A stretch of DNA of 64,000 nucleotides, from positions 806,001 through 870,000 of the forward strand of contig CDRNST010000339.1 in NCBI GenBank assembly GCA_977016875.1, given 5' to 3'. Positions within the stretch are counted from its first letter, which is position 1. The number at the start of each line of letters is the position of its first letter. Shown in pieces: positions 62,415 to 64,000 of this stretch. Both the position numbers and the translations under genes were made by a program. The notes below the pieces were generated by a model. It was not told the DNA's origin, did not search any database, and worked only from the letters and a program-made list of their open reading frames with translations. The DNA is from Pavona decussata. Taxonomy: Eukaryota.

Positions 62415-64000
62415 GGATTATAAGAATTGAGTGAGACCACAAAAATTCAAAGGATCTACTCTGAATCGAATGCGACTGTCAAATGGAATAAGCGACAGAG
62501 GTAGATAAACCATAGATTAGAACAAAACAAGTGGCTTTATTGAACACAACAGCCTTAAACGATACAGCGAAATGATTGGCTTCTATTCTGTGTCTTGTTG
62601 AAAAGCGAATAAACAAAAACAATTCAGGCTAAATACTTAAGGCCTCCAACGCATTAATTAATTGACATTTCCGTCTTACTTTGCTAAAAGACGGCTTTAA
62701 CGTAAGCTCTATTTCTGCACACCTAGCCTGTTCCTTGGAAAGCAAGGAATATTCATACTAACTGAATCAGCTAGCCATTTTTTTTACATAGGATCACTGT
62801 AAAGTGTATAATCAGTTATATAAAAGAACAAAGTAGGTAAACGTGTAAGACCATAATTCCAGATATCATCACATAGTTCGTTATATGACTTTATATTTGT
62901 TGCTTTTACACGTATAATTAAAAAACCTCTTGTAATCGATCGTATCTCGCTAGTGACCTAGATTTCCTTGTTAAGAGGATGCATGGTCATTTGTAAGAGA
63001 TACAACTACAACAACTGTTTGATAACCTTCAAGATCAATAAACATTTAAGCCCTATTTTATGGGAGGCGTTCTGACTAATACAATTTAAGATACGGTGAA
63101 AAATCATATGTCAACTAAATAAAGGTTGATATATCATGTATTTGGTAAGTCTACCTTTCTCAGCTTAAAAAATTGTAGCTTAACTAGACGAATTAACTAA
63201 ATTAAAACAATGTTTTCTTGTTTTTAACACAACAATAAGCAAACGAGGAAGTTTTTGTCAGTAATATCGAAACAACGTAAACATCTTCATATTTCTTTTC
63301 GGAAAAGTAGTGAATGCTAGTAAATGAGGAAAACCTTGCTCCTCTTTAGCGCTTTTGAGCCTGAAAGCAAACAATAAAAATAAAAACTAAGTAAAGAAGA
63401 AAGTATAGGCGCCAGTATAGTGGTCAGGGAAGCTTATGTGTACACACAGAGCCTTGTGTCCAGACCAACAGGTTCTGAACGGGTACCACAAGTTTAACAC
63501 TACATCGACCTGGCTAATTAATTTTGGTTGTCTACGACCGGGACAGGGCGGCTTCTGGTAGCTATAACTCCGAGAACATAAAGCTGTCACAGTGAAACTT
63601 AAAACACATACAATATGTTCAAAATTGTTTTCTTTGAGGTTTACGTGATGACCTGATGATGTCACACAAGAAGTTGCCTTTATCGCCAAATTAAGATTTT
63701 TAGGCTCAACTGGGCCCAGTTGGCCAACGCTATCGGTGCTGACGTCATGCATTACGAGATTCTCCAACCTCGTTCCGGGAACGAGGTTGGGAATTATTTT
63801 GAGAATTTTGAAAGTCTTCAGTTGGATAAGAAGCGAGCTAAAATTAGGGACACTCCTCGTCTTGTTCTTTGAAGGTGCGTCTTGAACAAGCGAGACCTAT
63901 TTTCTTTTACTGAAACGACATAAATGTCTGCTGGGGGTAGTGGTTATGAAAAATGAATACTTTATTTGTCATCAACTTGAGTCGATTCGCAAATTGGTGG

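Noticed and set aside
57500-64000. Search for a fourth paralog upstream of gene C
   Set aside because: No exon with the VY...W...C or GIAIG motifs was found by eye; only repeats and non-coding sequence.

Overview
Eukaryotic, AT-rich, intron-containing, repeat-dense DNA. The MITE, SINE and Crypton families suggest an anthozoan (probably stony coral) genome; this is an inference. There is one assembly gap (13887-14051). Main content: (1) Three tandem paralogous minus-strand genes, reconstructed by hand from GT-AG junctions: A 18719-25130 (~232 aa), B 34803-44581 (~669 aa), C 54008-56637 (~284 aa). Each encodes a type-I single-pass membrane protein with a signal peptide, a shared ~125-aa two-cysteine ectodomain that I cannot assign to a named family (SEA/ferredoxin-like pattern), a GxxxG-containing TM helix and a divergent cytoplasmic tail. 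A and B both end in the PDZ-type motif ETKF, and B adds a Ser/Thr mucin stalk. (2) An 8,088-bp CAC...GTG DNA transposon (4579-12666; 26-bp TIRs, 3-bp ACT TSD). It has no visible transposase but carries a 5-exon C14orf93/DUF4616-like gene with a premature stop. Its empty target site is present in a second copy of the flanking DNA just across the gap. (3) Many MITEs, two Crypton-type tyrosine-recombinase remnants, LINE and SINE fragments, microsatellites and a 195-bp near-perfect palindrome. All gene models are manual and lack transcript support.
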